Shown one piece after another: positions 40,442 through 49,390 of a DNA stretch of 64,000 nucleotides. The stretch's first letter is position 1. Each line of letters opens with the position of its first letter. The DNA comes from Nanobdellota archaeon. Its GTDB lineage: Archaea > Nanobdellota > Nanobdellia > Pacearchaeales > GW2011-AR1. The DNA lies in the NCBI GenBank assembly GCA_038045825.1, contig JBBSXJ010000004.1, positions 95,301-159,300 of the forward strand, given 5' to 3'. Both the position numbers and the translations under genes were made by a program. Below the pieces are notes generated by a model that saw only the letters and a program-made list of their open reading frames with translations, was not told where the DNA came from and searched no databases.

Positions 40442-41518
40442 TTAGTAATTTATTTCTCCGCCACCTAACATAATTCTTTGTTTTGTGTAAATTACTGCTG
40501 ATTGACCCTCTGCTAGACCTTCTATTGGTTTGTTTAGAGTTATTTTGTTGCCTTTAATTGTTGCTCTGTTTAATTCTCCTAAGTGTCTTATTCTAACTAA
40601 AACATTGCTGTGTTTTGGTTTGCCCGAAATATAATTTATTTTTTTTATTTTGAATTCTTTTCTTTTTAGAATTGGATGATTTTTTGGCGCTATTGTTAAG
40701 ATGTTGTTTTTGATGTCTTTTTTTGCGATGTATAGTTTTGATTTTACCTGGTTTCTATATTCATTAGTTATTTTGACATTTTCGTTTTCTCCTAATCTTT
40801 CTCCAATTGTATAAAACATCATTCCATTATGCTCTCCTACAATATTTCCTTCTGGATCTTTTACTTTGCCTGGTTTATTTTTTATTCTTTGTTTTAGGAA
40901 GTCTTTTACATCTATATTTCCTACAAAACATAATCCTCTTGTTCCTTTTCTATCCCAGTTATGAAGGTTGTTTTGTTTTGCTATATCTCTTACTTCTCTT
41001 TTTGTGTAATCTCCTATTGGGAATAAAGTATGTTTAAGGTCTTCTTGACTTAAACCATAAAGGAAATAAGATTGGTCTTTTGATTTGTCTTTAGGTATTT
41101 TGATATAGAATTTATTGTTTTTTTCTATTTTTTTGATGTAGTGCCCTGTTGCTATATAATTGCAATTGTGTTTTTTTGCCTCTTTCCATAAATATGGGAA
41201 TTTTATTATTGTGTTGCAAGCTGAGTCTGGGTTAGGGGTTAATCCTTTCGCATAACTTTCGAACATTGGTTTGATTACTTGGTTTGAATATTCTTTTTCA
41301 TAGTTTATTGTTATTAATTTTATTCCTAATTTCGATGCTATTTTTTGAGCACTCTTTCTATCTTCAATCCACGGACATTCTCCAGTTATTTTGTTTTTTT
41401 CTCCTGAGAAACATTTCATGAATGCTCCTATAACTTCATAGCCTTGTTTTTGCAAAAGCATGGCTGCGACTGCTGAATCTACTCCTCCTGACAGGCCCAA
41501 TAGTACTTTTTGTTTCAT
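40442..41518 (-). CDS. mnmA: tRNA U34 2-thiouridylase, bacterial type
   Basis: SGGVDS, TPNPDSACN..IKF, IATGHY, KDQSYFL, GLCFVG, GQSAVIY; start re-assigned to MKQKV. Confidence 0.93.
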   Translation of the reverse strand: MKQKVLLGLSGGVDSAVAAMLLQKQGYEVIGAFMKCFSGEKNKITGECPWIEDRKSAQKIASKLGIKLITINYEKEYSNQVIKPMFESYAKGLTPNPDSACNTIIKFPYLWKEAKKHNCNYIATGHYIKKIEKNNKFYIKIPKDKSKDQSYFLYGLSQEDLKHTLFPIGDYTKREVRDIAKQNNLHNWDRKGTRGLCFVGNIDVKDFLKQRIKNKPGKVKDPEGNIVGEHNGMMFYTIGERLGENENVKITNEYRNQVKSKLYIAKKDIKNNILTIAPKNHPILKRKEFKIKKINYISGKPKHSNVLVRIRHLGELNRATIKGNKITLNKPIEGLAEGQSAVIYTKQRIMLGGGEINY

Positions 41519-41610
41519 GTTTCTTATAGTATTTTTTACTTTATAAAATGTAGAAAAACGTCCTTGAATGCATATAGATAAATATATAAATAACAAACTT
41601 TTATTCTCAT

Positions 41611-42705
41611 ATGTTAAAAATTCCAAAAAAATGGAGAGAGTTACCTTTAGAGGAGAGAACAAATAAAATAGTTGAATTATTTGGGATTTCTAAAAAGACT
41701 ATTAACAAAATTAGAAATATTAGAGATAAAAAAATTAAATTAATAGCTTCTGCAAAAATCCAATATCAAATGTTCGGTGAGATTCATAGTTACTTGACTT
41801 GTTGGATTGCTGGTTACGGTAGTGACGTAGAAGTAAGAAATGTTTTTGGATCTACACATGCTTTAAGGTCTATTTTTATAAAGTTTGCAAGAGTTAAGGG
41901 AATAGAATATTCTTGGCAAGACATTAAAAGAGGAGTAAAAATTCCTGAAAAAATTACTCCTTTATTAGCAGAGGAAACAGGAATACATTTAGGAGATGGG
42001 TGTCTTTATTTATATATAGATAATAATGGTTATAAGTCATATAGATATTCTATTACTGGAAATCTTATAGATGAAGAGCCATATCACACAAATTATATTG
42101 CAAAAATTTTGTTTCAGCTTTATAATTTAAAACCTAGATTTCTAATAAGACCTAATCAGAATAGCATAGATACTACTGTTGGTTCTAAGGCAATATTTCA
42201 GTTTAAATCTAAGATTCTTGGTTTACCTTCTGGCAGTAAAAAGTATGCTAGCATACCTCTAGCTATTTTACAAAATAATGAACTTAGTAAAAGATGTTTG
42301 GTCGGTATATTTGATACTGATTTTAATATTACAGAACATCTAGCTATTAGTGGTAAGATTCACAGTATTAATGTGACTAGACAAATTCATGAAATTCTTT
42401 TAAGAAATAATATTAAGCACATCTATAAAGAATATGAGGATTATGGTAGATTTTATATTAGCAAGAATTATGCAAAAATTATTGTTAAAGAATGGGAAAT
42501 GCATAACCTAAAACATTTGACAAAGTTTGAGGTCTTTGAAAAATTTGGGAAATTTATTCCATTTACAACTACACCAGAAAGAATTTCTTTATTAAACGGA
42601 AGTCTTTCTTTGGAGGAATTAGAGAAAATTAGCGAAAAAAGAAAAAATATCAACGACTCTGCGAGGACTCGAACCTCGGACCCCACGGTTTCTTTGAATC
42701 CTTAA
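41611..42705 (+). CDS. Free-standing LAGLIDADG endonuclease-like protein
   Basis: LAEETGIHLGDGCL and degenerate second motif CLVGIFDTDF; no intein splicing motifs. Confidence 0.8.
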   Translation: MLKIPKKWRELPLEERTNKIVELFGISKKTINKIRNIRDKKIKLIASAKIQYQMFGEIHSYLTCWIAGYGSDVEVRNVFGSTHALRSIFIKFARVKGIEYSWQDIKRGVKIPEKITPLLAEETGIHLGDGCLYLYIDNNGYKSYRYSITGNLIDEEPYHTNYIAKILFQLYNLKPRFLIRPNQNSIDTTVGSKAIFQFKSKILGLPSGSKKYASIPLAILQNNELSKRCLVGIFDTDFNITEHLAISGKIHSINVTRQIHEILLRNNIKHIYKEYEDYGRFYISKNYAKIIVKEWEMHNLKHLTKFEVFEKFGKFIPFTTTPERISLLNGSLSLEELEKISEKRKNINDSARTRTSDPTVSLNP

Positions 42706-42749
42706 TGAATCCTAACAGCCGTGTGCTCTACCTGCTGAGCTACAGAGTC
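42654..42749 (-). tRNA. tRNA-Asn (GTT) with 23-nt intron at 37/38 (42690-42712)
   Basis: Reverse complement GACTCTGTAGCTCAGCAGGTAGAGCACACGGCTGTTA[GGATTCATTAAGGATTCAAAGAA]ACCGTGGGGTCCGAGGTTCGAGTCCTCGCAGAGTCG; relaxed bulge-helix-bulge. Confidence 0.93.
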
Positions 42750-42849
42750 TTATAGAGGAGAGCATTTTAATGTTATTTAAATCTTAGTTTTAATCTATTT
42801 TTTTAGATATTATGCAAATTCTTTTAAACTCAATAATTTGATTGTTTTC

Positions 42850-43920
42850 ATGCCTCAAAATGATCATTTAGGAATTCTTGCTTGCCCTGATTGTAATTCT
42901 GGATTTTCTGTTAATTCTTTAGGGGCTTATGTTTGTTCTAGAATGGGAGAAGAGTATTTTCCTATTGGAGATGCTCCAAACTTTTTACCCTTTAAATTGA
43001 GAGAAGAAAATAGTTTTAGATTTAATGGAATCCCTAAAAAAACGGTGGAAGTTAAATCTGGAGGATTAAGAAAAAGGATTAGTACTGGAGAATTGACTTC
43101 TTTTTTGTTAAATGCTGGATTAGGAAATAGTAGAGGCGTTTTAAGTTACATTAGAGAAGTTATAGATGACCTTCCTAATGAATGTTATGATGGTGAAAAA
43201 CTTACTATTCAAGGAGTTAAATTGGTTTCTGGTTTATTTAATCAAATTCTTGTAAAATATGAAGATCACGGAGATGATTATATGAAGCGTCAGTTGGTTG
43301 GAGCTTCTCATCAGGCTAGATATGAAGCAGAGTTGGAATCTTTAAGAGATTATCCTGGAAATTTTAAGTTGCCTCTTGCTTTAAGAGGAATGCTTCCCCG
43401 AAAAGGTAATGTCTTAGAGGTAGCTATGGGTAATGGAACTAATTTGCAGGAGCTTGTTGAGGAAGGAGAATTTGAAAATTCGATAGGTTTGGATTATTCT
43501 TATGGTATGGTTCGTGCGGCTAGAGAACGTGATGAATCTTCTTCCATCTTTTATGCAATTGCAGATGCTCACCATTTACCTATTGCGGACAAATCTATGG
43601 ATTTGGTTTTAATGTTTAATGCTCTTGATAGAGTTAGCTCTCCACCAGAAGTTTTAGCTGAAATTGAAAGAGTTTCTAGACCTGGCAGTACAATTGTTTT
43701 AGGCCAGTGTATGCCGTTTCAATATGATGTTCAATTTGGCAAGACAAGGATTGGAAGTATTTCTAAAGATCAAAGACTTAAAGATTTGGAAGACGCAGTA
43801 AACAGAGTTAACGGGGCTCAGATAGTTAGTCATTCTACAGGCAATGTTTGGCATCCTGAAACAGTTACTCAAGGCGTTGAAACTTTATATGTTGATATAG
43901 TTGTAGCTAAAGTTGCTTAA
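42850..43920 (+). CDS. Class I SAM-dependent methyltransferase with N-terminal Trm112-like segment
   Basis: ILACPDC; VLEVAMGNG, GLDYS..M, ADAHHLP..D.SMDLV, L.EI.RV.RPG. Confidence 0.8.
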   Translation: MPQNDHLGILACPDCNSGFSVNSLGAYVCSRMGEEYFPIGDAPNFLPFKLREENSFRFNGIPKKTVEVKSGGLRKRISTGELTSFLLNAGLGNSRGVLSYIREVIDDLPNECYDGEKLTIQGVKLVSGLFNQILVKYEDHGDDYMKRQLVGASHQARYEAELESLRDYPGNFKLPLALRGMLPRKGNVLEVAMGNGTNLQELVEEGEFENSIGLDYSYGMVRAARERDESSSIFYAIADAHHLPIADKSMDLVLMFNALDRVSSPPEVLAEIERVSRPGSTIVLGQCMPFQYDVQFGKTRIGSISKDQRLKDLEDAVNRVNGAQIVSHSTGNVWHPETVTQGVETLYVDIVVAKVA

Positions 43921-44065
43921 CTTTATTTTTAATAATTTTTACCTTTATTTTTTCTCGACGGTAAATATTTTGTCTAAAAAATAAAAATTATTCTTTTCTA
44001 AAAAATTGGCAAGGTTTTAAATACAAGTTTGTATTTTTTATTTTAAAGAGGTATATGATAGAGTG

Positions 44066-44143
44066 ATGAAGAAAAAAGCTAAGAAATCTGCAAGCAGGTC
44101 TTCTGCAAGAAAATCTTCCAGAAGTAAAGCTAAACGCAGATAA
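44066..44143 (+). CDS. Putative 25-aa Lys/Arg/Ser/Ala-rich basic peptide
   Basis: MKKKAKKSASRSSARKSSRSKAKRR*; upstream GAGGT and TTTTAAAT; downstream T-rich tract. Confidence 0.55.
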   Translation: MKKKAKKSASRSSARKSSRSKAKRR

Positions 44144-44193
44144 TTTCTGAGCTTTAATTTTATTTAATTTTTATTTCTTTATTTTCTTCTTTA

Positions 44194-44751
44194 TTAAATA
44201 TCTGAGTCTTCTTCAGAGTCGAAGTCTTCAGATTCTTCTTTTCTAACTATTTTTTTATGATTTTCTTTTACACCTTTTTTCTGAGTGTTTATTCTTTCTA
44301 AGTATTTGTAAGCATTTGCTTGTTTTGTTCCTTTTATGATATTTGTTACAGCTGTTAATGCTCTTTCTGTAACTTCTGCGTGGCCTATTATTCCTACTTG
44401 ATTATCATGAATTGCTATATCGCATTTAGTTATTTCTTCTATTGTTTTCTTTGTTTTTCCATGAGTTCCAATTAACCTGCTTCTTACAACTTCTAAGTTT
44501 TTAGTGTTTGCATGATCTTTTATATTTATTTTAATGAAATCATTTTCTTCATCTAGAACTCTTAAGGCTTTTTCTACTGAAAATCCTAGATTTATAGCAT
44601 CAAATACTCTTTGAGCTTCGTATTCATTGAACGGATCTGTATCTATAGTAATTATTTTGTCTTTTATGTTTATTTTACAGTTTAGTTTTTGTTCTAGTTT
44701 TTCTTTATTTCTTAGAACCTCTCTTCTTCTAGATATTTCTATATTAATCAT
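44194..44751 (-). CDS. KH-domain rRNA-processing protein (Dim2/Pno1/KRR1-like)
   Basis: AINLGFS.E.AL, RLIGTHGKTKKTIEE.T; adjacent to aIF-1A. Confidence 0.88.
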   Translation of the reverse strand: MINIEISRRREVLRNKEKLEQKLNCKINIKDKIITIDTDPFNEYEAQRVFDAINLGFSVEKALRVLDEENDFIKINIKDHANTKNLEVVRSRLIGTHGKTKKTIEEITKCDIAIHDNQVGIIGHAEVTERALTAVTNIIKGTKQANAYKYLERINTQKKGVKENHKKIVRKEESEDFDSEEDSDI

Positions 44752-45125
44752 TAGAATTCTTGGCTCAAGGAATTTAGAAGCCCTTTCTTCTTTAGTTGAG
44801 TGACTTCATTAGGTTTGTATTTGTAAATAATATCTCCTTTGTCTTTGTCAAATTCCCAAAGCTTTACTAAGACTATATCTCTAGGTCTTAACCATAATTG
44901 TCTCTTGTATTTTCCAGGGACTCTACAATTTCTTGTTTTACCATCTGTTGTTAGAACTTCCATTCTATTACCTCCATATCTTTGTACAATTGTACCTATA
45001 ATTTCTCCATTCTTTGGCCATCTAGCTCTTACGAATCCTTCTGGCTGTTGTTCTTCTTGTGGTTCTTCTTGAGTTCCATCTAAAATTTCTTCAAAATCTC
45101 CAAATTCATTATCTTCTTCTTGCAT
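44751..45125 (-). CDS. eif1a: Translation initiation factor aIF-1A
   Basis: G.IVQRYGGNRMEV...DGKTR.CRVPGK.KR.LW. Confidence 0.93.
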   Translation of the reverse strand: MQEEDNEFGDFEEILDGTQEEPQEEQQPEGFVRARWPKNGEIIGTIVQRYGGNRMEVLTTDGKTRNCRVPGKYKRQLWLRPRDIVLVKLWEFDKDKGDIIYKYKPNEVTQLKKKGLLNSLSQEF

Positions 45126-45164
45126 AAATTTCTTAGGATAATGGGGCTTTTAAAAGCTATTGGT

Positions 45165-45524
45165 TTAATTAATTATCAAGGTAAAAGGTATATTTTTTAT
45201 TTTACTTTCTGATTCTTTGTCTATTATTCCAGCTTCTACTGCTGTTTGAATTGATTCTTTTCCTACTATATTGAATGTAGAACCTTCTTTGAATTCATAT
45301 TTCATAATACTAATCACTTCACTTTTTGAGTGTTTTTCTCCTTTGAAGAATGATTCTGTTACATCTAACTGCTTAATTCCTTCTAAGAACTTCTTACCTA
45401 TTAGATTTTCATCGCATACAGCGACTATTGCTCTTGAGGATCTGTGGATTTTTACCCACATGTGGAATTCATGACTTTCTGAATTCTTTGTATGATCAAA
45501 GTTTTCTCCAACAAACTTTGACAT
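45165..45524 (-). CDS. DUF424 family protein
   Basis: IVAVCDENLIGKKF.EG...LDV.E.FF.G, NIVG; start may be the internal Met (MWVKIH). Confidence 0.85.
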   Translation of the reverse strand: MSKFVGENFDHTKNSESHEFHMWVKIHRSSRAIVAVCDENLIGKKFLEGIKQLDVTESFFKGEKHSKSEVISIMKYEFKEGSTFNIVGKESIQTAVEAGIIDKESESKIKNIPFTLIIN

Positions 45525-45563
45525 AATATAATAAAAAGGATATAAAAATTAAAATTTAGTTGA

Positions 45564-45737
45564 TTACTTCAGCTTAGCTGCAGCATCTTTTCCTACTACT
45601 CTCCAGCATTCGTGTGTGCCAGTAGGTGATTTTGCAACAATGAAGAATCTTCCGCTTCTTTCTACGAGCTTGTAGTTGTCAGTTGTAAATTTGCTTTTTG
45701 ATTTGACATCATAAAACTCTTGTTTCGGTTTAGCCAT
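45564..45737 (-). CDS. Small CC1-like chromatin/DNA-binding protein (57 aa, absent from ORF track)
   Basis: MAKPKQEFYDVKSKSKFTTDNYKLVERSGRFFIVAKSPTGTHECWRVVGKDAAAKLK; strong SD AAGGAGGT. Confidence 0.75.
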   Translation of the reverse strand: MAKPKQEFYDVKSKSKFTTDNYKLVERSGRFFIVAKSPTGTHECWRVVGKDAAAKLK

Positions 45738-45813
45738 TTTGACCTCCTTAACTCATAAATTTAGGGCTATTTTAAATGTTTTGTTCAAAACATTTGAGTA
45801 TTTTTGGCTATTT

Positions 45814-46224
45814 TTATAAATTATATCTGATTGGAGATTTAGCTCCGCAAGCTAAGCAGTGTTTGAACTTAATGCCTTTTTCTATTATAACTTCTGTATC
45901 TGGTTTTTTACATTCTGTACAGAGAACGAATTCTTTTACATATAATTCAACTTTTTCATTTACTTTTGCTGAATTTAACATTGTTTTAAGCATAAGTCTA
46001 TCTTTTTCTAAAACACCAGCTACTGCAAGCTCTTTTTGAAGGAATTTTGCTAAATGTTCAACCGGTCTTCTGATATGTGAAGCTATTTCATTAATATTTG
46101 TGATAAATGTATTCTTACCTGAGACTTGACCTTTTACTTTGGGTATTTCGAATCTGTCAGATGATGTTTGAACTACTTTAATCTTCTTGTAAGCAGAGTC
46201 AAGCATTTGTTCGTATGAATCCAT
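45814..46224 (-). CDS. eif2b: Translation initiation factor aIF-2 beta
   Basis: YEQMLDSAY, RFEIP, C..CKKPDT, C.ACGA Zn ribbon. Confidence 0.95.
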   Translation of the reverse strand: MDSYEQMLDSAYKKIKVVQTSSDRFEIPKVKGQVSGKNTFITNINEIASHIRRPVEHLAKFLQKELAVAGVLEKDRLMLKTMLNSAKVNEKVELYVKEFVLCTECKKPDTEVIIEKGIKFKHCLACGAKSPIRYNL

Positions 46225-46275
46225 TTAATTTGAACGCTTATGAAGGTTTATAAATTTGAGCTGGTATGATTTGCT

Positions 46276-46857
46276 ATGAAATTTAAGAATTTTATATTAG
46301 GTTTGGGTATATTCATAGTATTTGCTTTATCTCTTTTTCAGGGATTAGAGACATTTTATCCGACCCCTCAGTGGGACGATTATTGTACTAATCATGCTGG
46401 ACCTATAGGTTTGAGAGAGCCTGCTTCATGTCCTCCTGTTCCTTCTGATTTGCAAAGAAGAGCTGAACAATGTTGGGATTCAAAGGGCCAATTTGTATAT
46501 GAGTATGATTCAAACAGTTGCCCTACTGGAGGATATTGTGATGATTGCAGTATAGATTATGAAAATGCTCTCGATAAACATTCACAGAGAGTCTTTATAA
46601 TTGCTATATTGGTAGGTATTTTGGTATTTGTAGCTGGTTTATTCTTACTTTCTACTGAGCCTGTCGGAAGCGCATTAATGGCTTCTGGAATATGGTCTGT
46701 GTTTTATGGGGTTGTAAAGAACTGGAGAAATTTCACAGATTCATGGAGATTTTTGTTGTTGTTTGTTCTGCTTATAGTTTTGATATGGGTGGCTCTTAGA
46801 TTTAACAAAAAACATGAAGGAATTGTTTCTAAGATTAAACATAAGTTGAGAAGATAG
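46276..46857 (+). CDS. Membrane protein with Cys-rich extracellular loop
   Basis: Four hydrophobic segments; FYP.P.W.DYC. Confidence 0.7.
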   Translation: MKFKNFILGLGIFIVFALSLFQGLETFYPTPQWDDYCTNHAGPIGLREPASCPPVPSDLQRRAEQCWDSKGQFVYEYDSNSCPTGGYCDDCSIDYENALDKHSQRVFIIAILVGILVFVAGLFLLSTEPVGSALMASGIWSVFYGVVKNWRNFTDSWRFLLLFVLLIVLIWVALRFNKKHEGIVSKIKHKLRR

Positions 46858-46900
46858 TTATTATCTAAATGTTTAAGTAGAATTATTTATTTTAATTTTT

Positions 46901-48007
46901 ATGGATGAAAAGAGTGTTGATTTAACAGAGTTATATAAAAAACAGATTTCCTTGACGGAATGGTTTGCTAATATAAAACATTCTAAGACTGAAGAGTTGA
47001 GACTTGAAGATAATAATAAACGCGATAGATTGGCTGTTTTAAATTTGATAATTGGTTTGCCTTTTGATAAACCTCATCAATTTAGTGCAATTGATATCTA
47101 TAATCAAACTGATGATTTTAAGAAATTTTTAGTTGAACATGGTGAAGATTCTTGTGCTTTAAGACTCATACCATTTGATCCTAGTTTGCCTAAATTGAGA
47201 ATGCGCGGTCAAAGAGTAAAAGATGTTGTTGCAGGTTGGTTTAAAGAACAAAAAATAGATTATTCAAAATATAAAGCTGACTTTGTACCAAATCCAATTA
47301 ACACTAAATTTTCCAGCATATTTATTGTTAATAGAAAAGGAATATTTGGAGAAATCATTCGTGGAGGGCATAACCAATTGACACAGGGTTTTCATGATGG
47401 TGAAAAACCAATTAACTTTTCATATGATTTTAACGAGTGGAAATTTAGTTTGAATGATGAATTAGTTATGAAACATGCTAAAGAAATTATCAACTCAATT
47501 AAAGTAGAGGATCTTAATAAAAGATCTTATTTAACAGATAAATTAGGATCTATTTTCATTAATAATTATTTATATGGATATTTTGAAAGCGTTGATTCAA
47601 AAGATTTTGGTCTTTGGTTTATAGATTATAATGTGACTTTGGCAGATATGTACAAAGAAATTATGCCTGTTATTGAAAGGAAAGAAACTCTTATTGCTGG
47701 ACAACCTGCAAGTTTAGGGAAAGTGCAAGGAAGAGTTAAAATTATAATGTATCAGAACTTGGAAAATAGTACAATCAATTCTGATGAAATTTTGGTTTGT
47801 CATGTTACAACACCAGATTATTTTAATTTGATGCAAAAATCTTTGGGAATTATTACTAATGGTGGTGGTGTTTTAAGTCATGCTGGGATTGTTGCTAGAG
47901 AGCTTGGTAAACCTTGTATTATTGGAACAGGAAACGCAACAGAAGTTTTGAGAGATGGAGATTTAATAGAACTTGATGCAACTAACGGAATTGTTAGAAA
48001 ATTGTAA
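46901..48007 (+). CDS. Protein with C-terminal PEP-utilizer phosphohistidine (swivel) domain
   Basis: GQPASLG.V.G.V, ILV...TTPDY, GGVLSHAGIVARELGKPCIIG. Confidence 0.85.
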   Translation: MDEKSVDLTELYKKQISLTEWFANIKHSKTEELRLEDNNKRDRLAVLNLIIGLPFDKPHQFSAIDIYNQTDDFKKFLVEHGEDSCALRLIPFDPSLPKLRMRGQRVKDVVAGWFKEQKIDYSKYKADFVPNPINTKFSSIFIVNRKGIFGEIIRGGHNQLTQGFHDGEKPINFSYDFNEWKFSLNDELVMKHAKEIINSIKVEDLNKRSYLTDKLGSIFINNYLYGYFESVDSKDFGLWFIDYNVTLADMYKEIMPVIERKETLIAGQPASLGKVQGRVKIIMYQNLENSTINSDEILVCHVTTPDYFNLMQKSLGIITNGGGVLSHAGIVARELGKPCIIGTGNATEVLRDGDLIELDATNGIVRKL

Positions 48008-48457
48008 CTAACCTTGATAATTATAAGATAAGGAATTGTATTCTTCTGTTAGGTATTCTTTTATTCCATTTTCATGTAATAATATGAAATATTTTATTCC
48101 TGCGTCAAGAGCCATTTTACTGCAAATTGTACAATATGGATTTCTTGCTATCTTTTTTTGATCATTTCTATCAAGCCTTATGAAATATAATTTTGAATCT
48201 TTTAGCTTTGTTGGATTATTTTTTAATGCATCCATTATTGCTCTTTGTTCTGCGTGCATACAACAAGTTTTATCAGTTACTTTTTTATGGTATTCATCTT
48301 TATTATTGTTACATCTTCTTTGAGACTCTAAATTATTCGAGGGTGAATTATATCCTTGACCAATAATTTCATTGTCTTTTACTATGGCTGAACCACACCT
48401 CCATCTTTCACAAGTTGATTGTTTTGCTATTTTTACTGCTTCTTCTATAAAATCCAT
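48008..48457 (-). CDS. dCMP/cytidine deaminase family protein
   Basis: HAEQ and PYCTIC Zn motifs, GYN. Confidence 0.88.
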   Translation of the reverse strand: MDFIEEAVKIAKQSTCERWRCGSAIVKDNEIIGQGYNSPSNNLESQRRCNNNKDEYHKKVTDKTCCMHAEQRAIMDALKNNPTKLKDSKLYFIRLDRNDQKKIARNPYCTICSKMALDAGIKYFILLHENGIKEYLTEEYNSLSYNYQG

Positions 48458-48458
48458 T

Positions 48459-49070
48459 TTAACCTAAATATCTCACTTTACCCGGGCGAGGTTCGTAAAT
48501 TGTCCCTTCTTCTAACAACTTGCGAATTTCTTGGTTTACTACTTCTGGTTTTGATTGGAGTTCTTCTGTTAATTTCTTTATATCTGCTCCGCCGTTTTGT
48601 TCTTCTCGTTTGATTATTGTTATTATTTTATCTTTGAGGTCTATTGATTGTTTTTTGTCTGACTCTGAAGGTTTGTTTCTTTCATTTTCTAATTTCCTTA
48701 ATAGAAGATATTCTGCTTCTTTCTTCTTTATTATTTCAGGAGTTACATATATTTCTTTATTCCATTCTCTTATCATTCCTATTGCGAGAACAGTATCTCC
48801 TTGTTCAAATGGTTTTAATTTCTCTATATCTTCTCCGAATGTTTTTAATTTTATTTGACCTGATGCATCATCTAAAGTTACTGATGCAAACTTCTTTTCA
48901 TCATCTTGAATGAATTTATCAACAACATTTGCAATCAAATTAACTCTTGCTACATTCTTTCCACTTGTTTCTATGAATTTTAATTTCTCTCCGTCTGTTA
49001 TTTGGTTTCCTGAAAGTATGTCTCCAATCTTTAGTTTGAATGCTGTATGCCTCTTGAATTCTTCTGCCAT
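48459..49070 (-). CDS. Replication protein A subunit (RPA32-like: OB fold plus winged helix)
   Basis: RVNLIANVV, LDDASG.I, L.EEG.IYEPRPG. Confidence 0.85.
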   Translation of the reverse strand: MAEEFKRHTAFKLKIGDILSGNQITDGEKLKFIETSGKNVARVNLIANVVDKFIQDDEKKFASVTLDDASGQIKLKTFGEDIEKLKPFEQGDTVLAIGMIREWNKEIYVTPEIIKKKEAEYLLLRKLENERNKPSESDKKQSIDLKDKIITIIKREEQNGGADIKKLTEELQSKPEVVNQEIRKLLEEGTIYEPRPGKVRYLG

Positions 49071-49160
49071 TTTTTATTTTATTATGTTCTTTATTTAAGT
49101 ATTGTTATAGTTTTTATTCCATTATTTTAAATATTGATTTGTTATTATAATTTTTATTCA

Positions 49161-49388
49161 AGTAAAAGAATAAGATCTGAACAAGCTATTGTTGCTAAAA
49201 GAATTGTTGCAGAATATGCATCAAGTCAGAGGGGTCATGATAATTGCCACTGGCATCCTGAATTATGGGAGAAATTGATGAAATTGTTTAATGTTTAATA
49301 TCTTGCAGACAGACAACTTCCTCTAAGGGGTGAGTTTAGAGCTAGATGTCAAAGATATGAATCTGAACTTTATGAAAAAAGAAGTTAA
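49161..49388 (+). pseudogene. Probable pseudogene of small hypothetical protein
   Basis: ...QRGHDNCHWHPELWEKLMKLFNV*YLADRQLPLRGEFRARCQRYESELY...; single in-frame TAA at 49296, no start codon. Confidence 0.5.
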
Positions 49389-49390
49389 AA

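Noticed and set aside
41519..41662. N-terminal extension of mnmA in the ORF track
   Set aside because: Homology begins at MKQKV (41518); the extension overlaps the divergent gene and the promoter region
43931..43992. Inverted repeat AATAATTTTTA / TAAAAATTATT
   Set aside because: Pure A/T in a very AT-rich gap; plausible by chance
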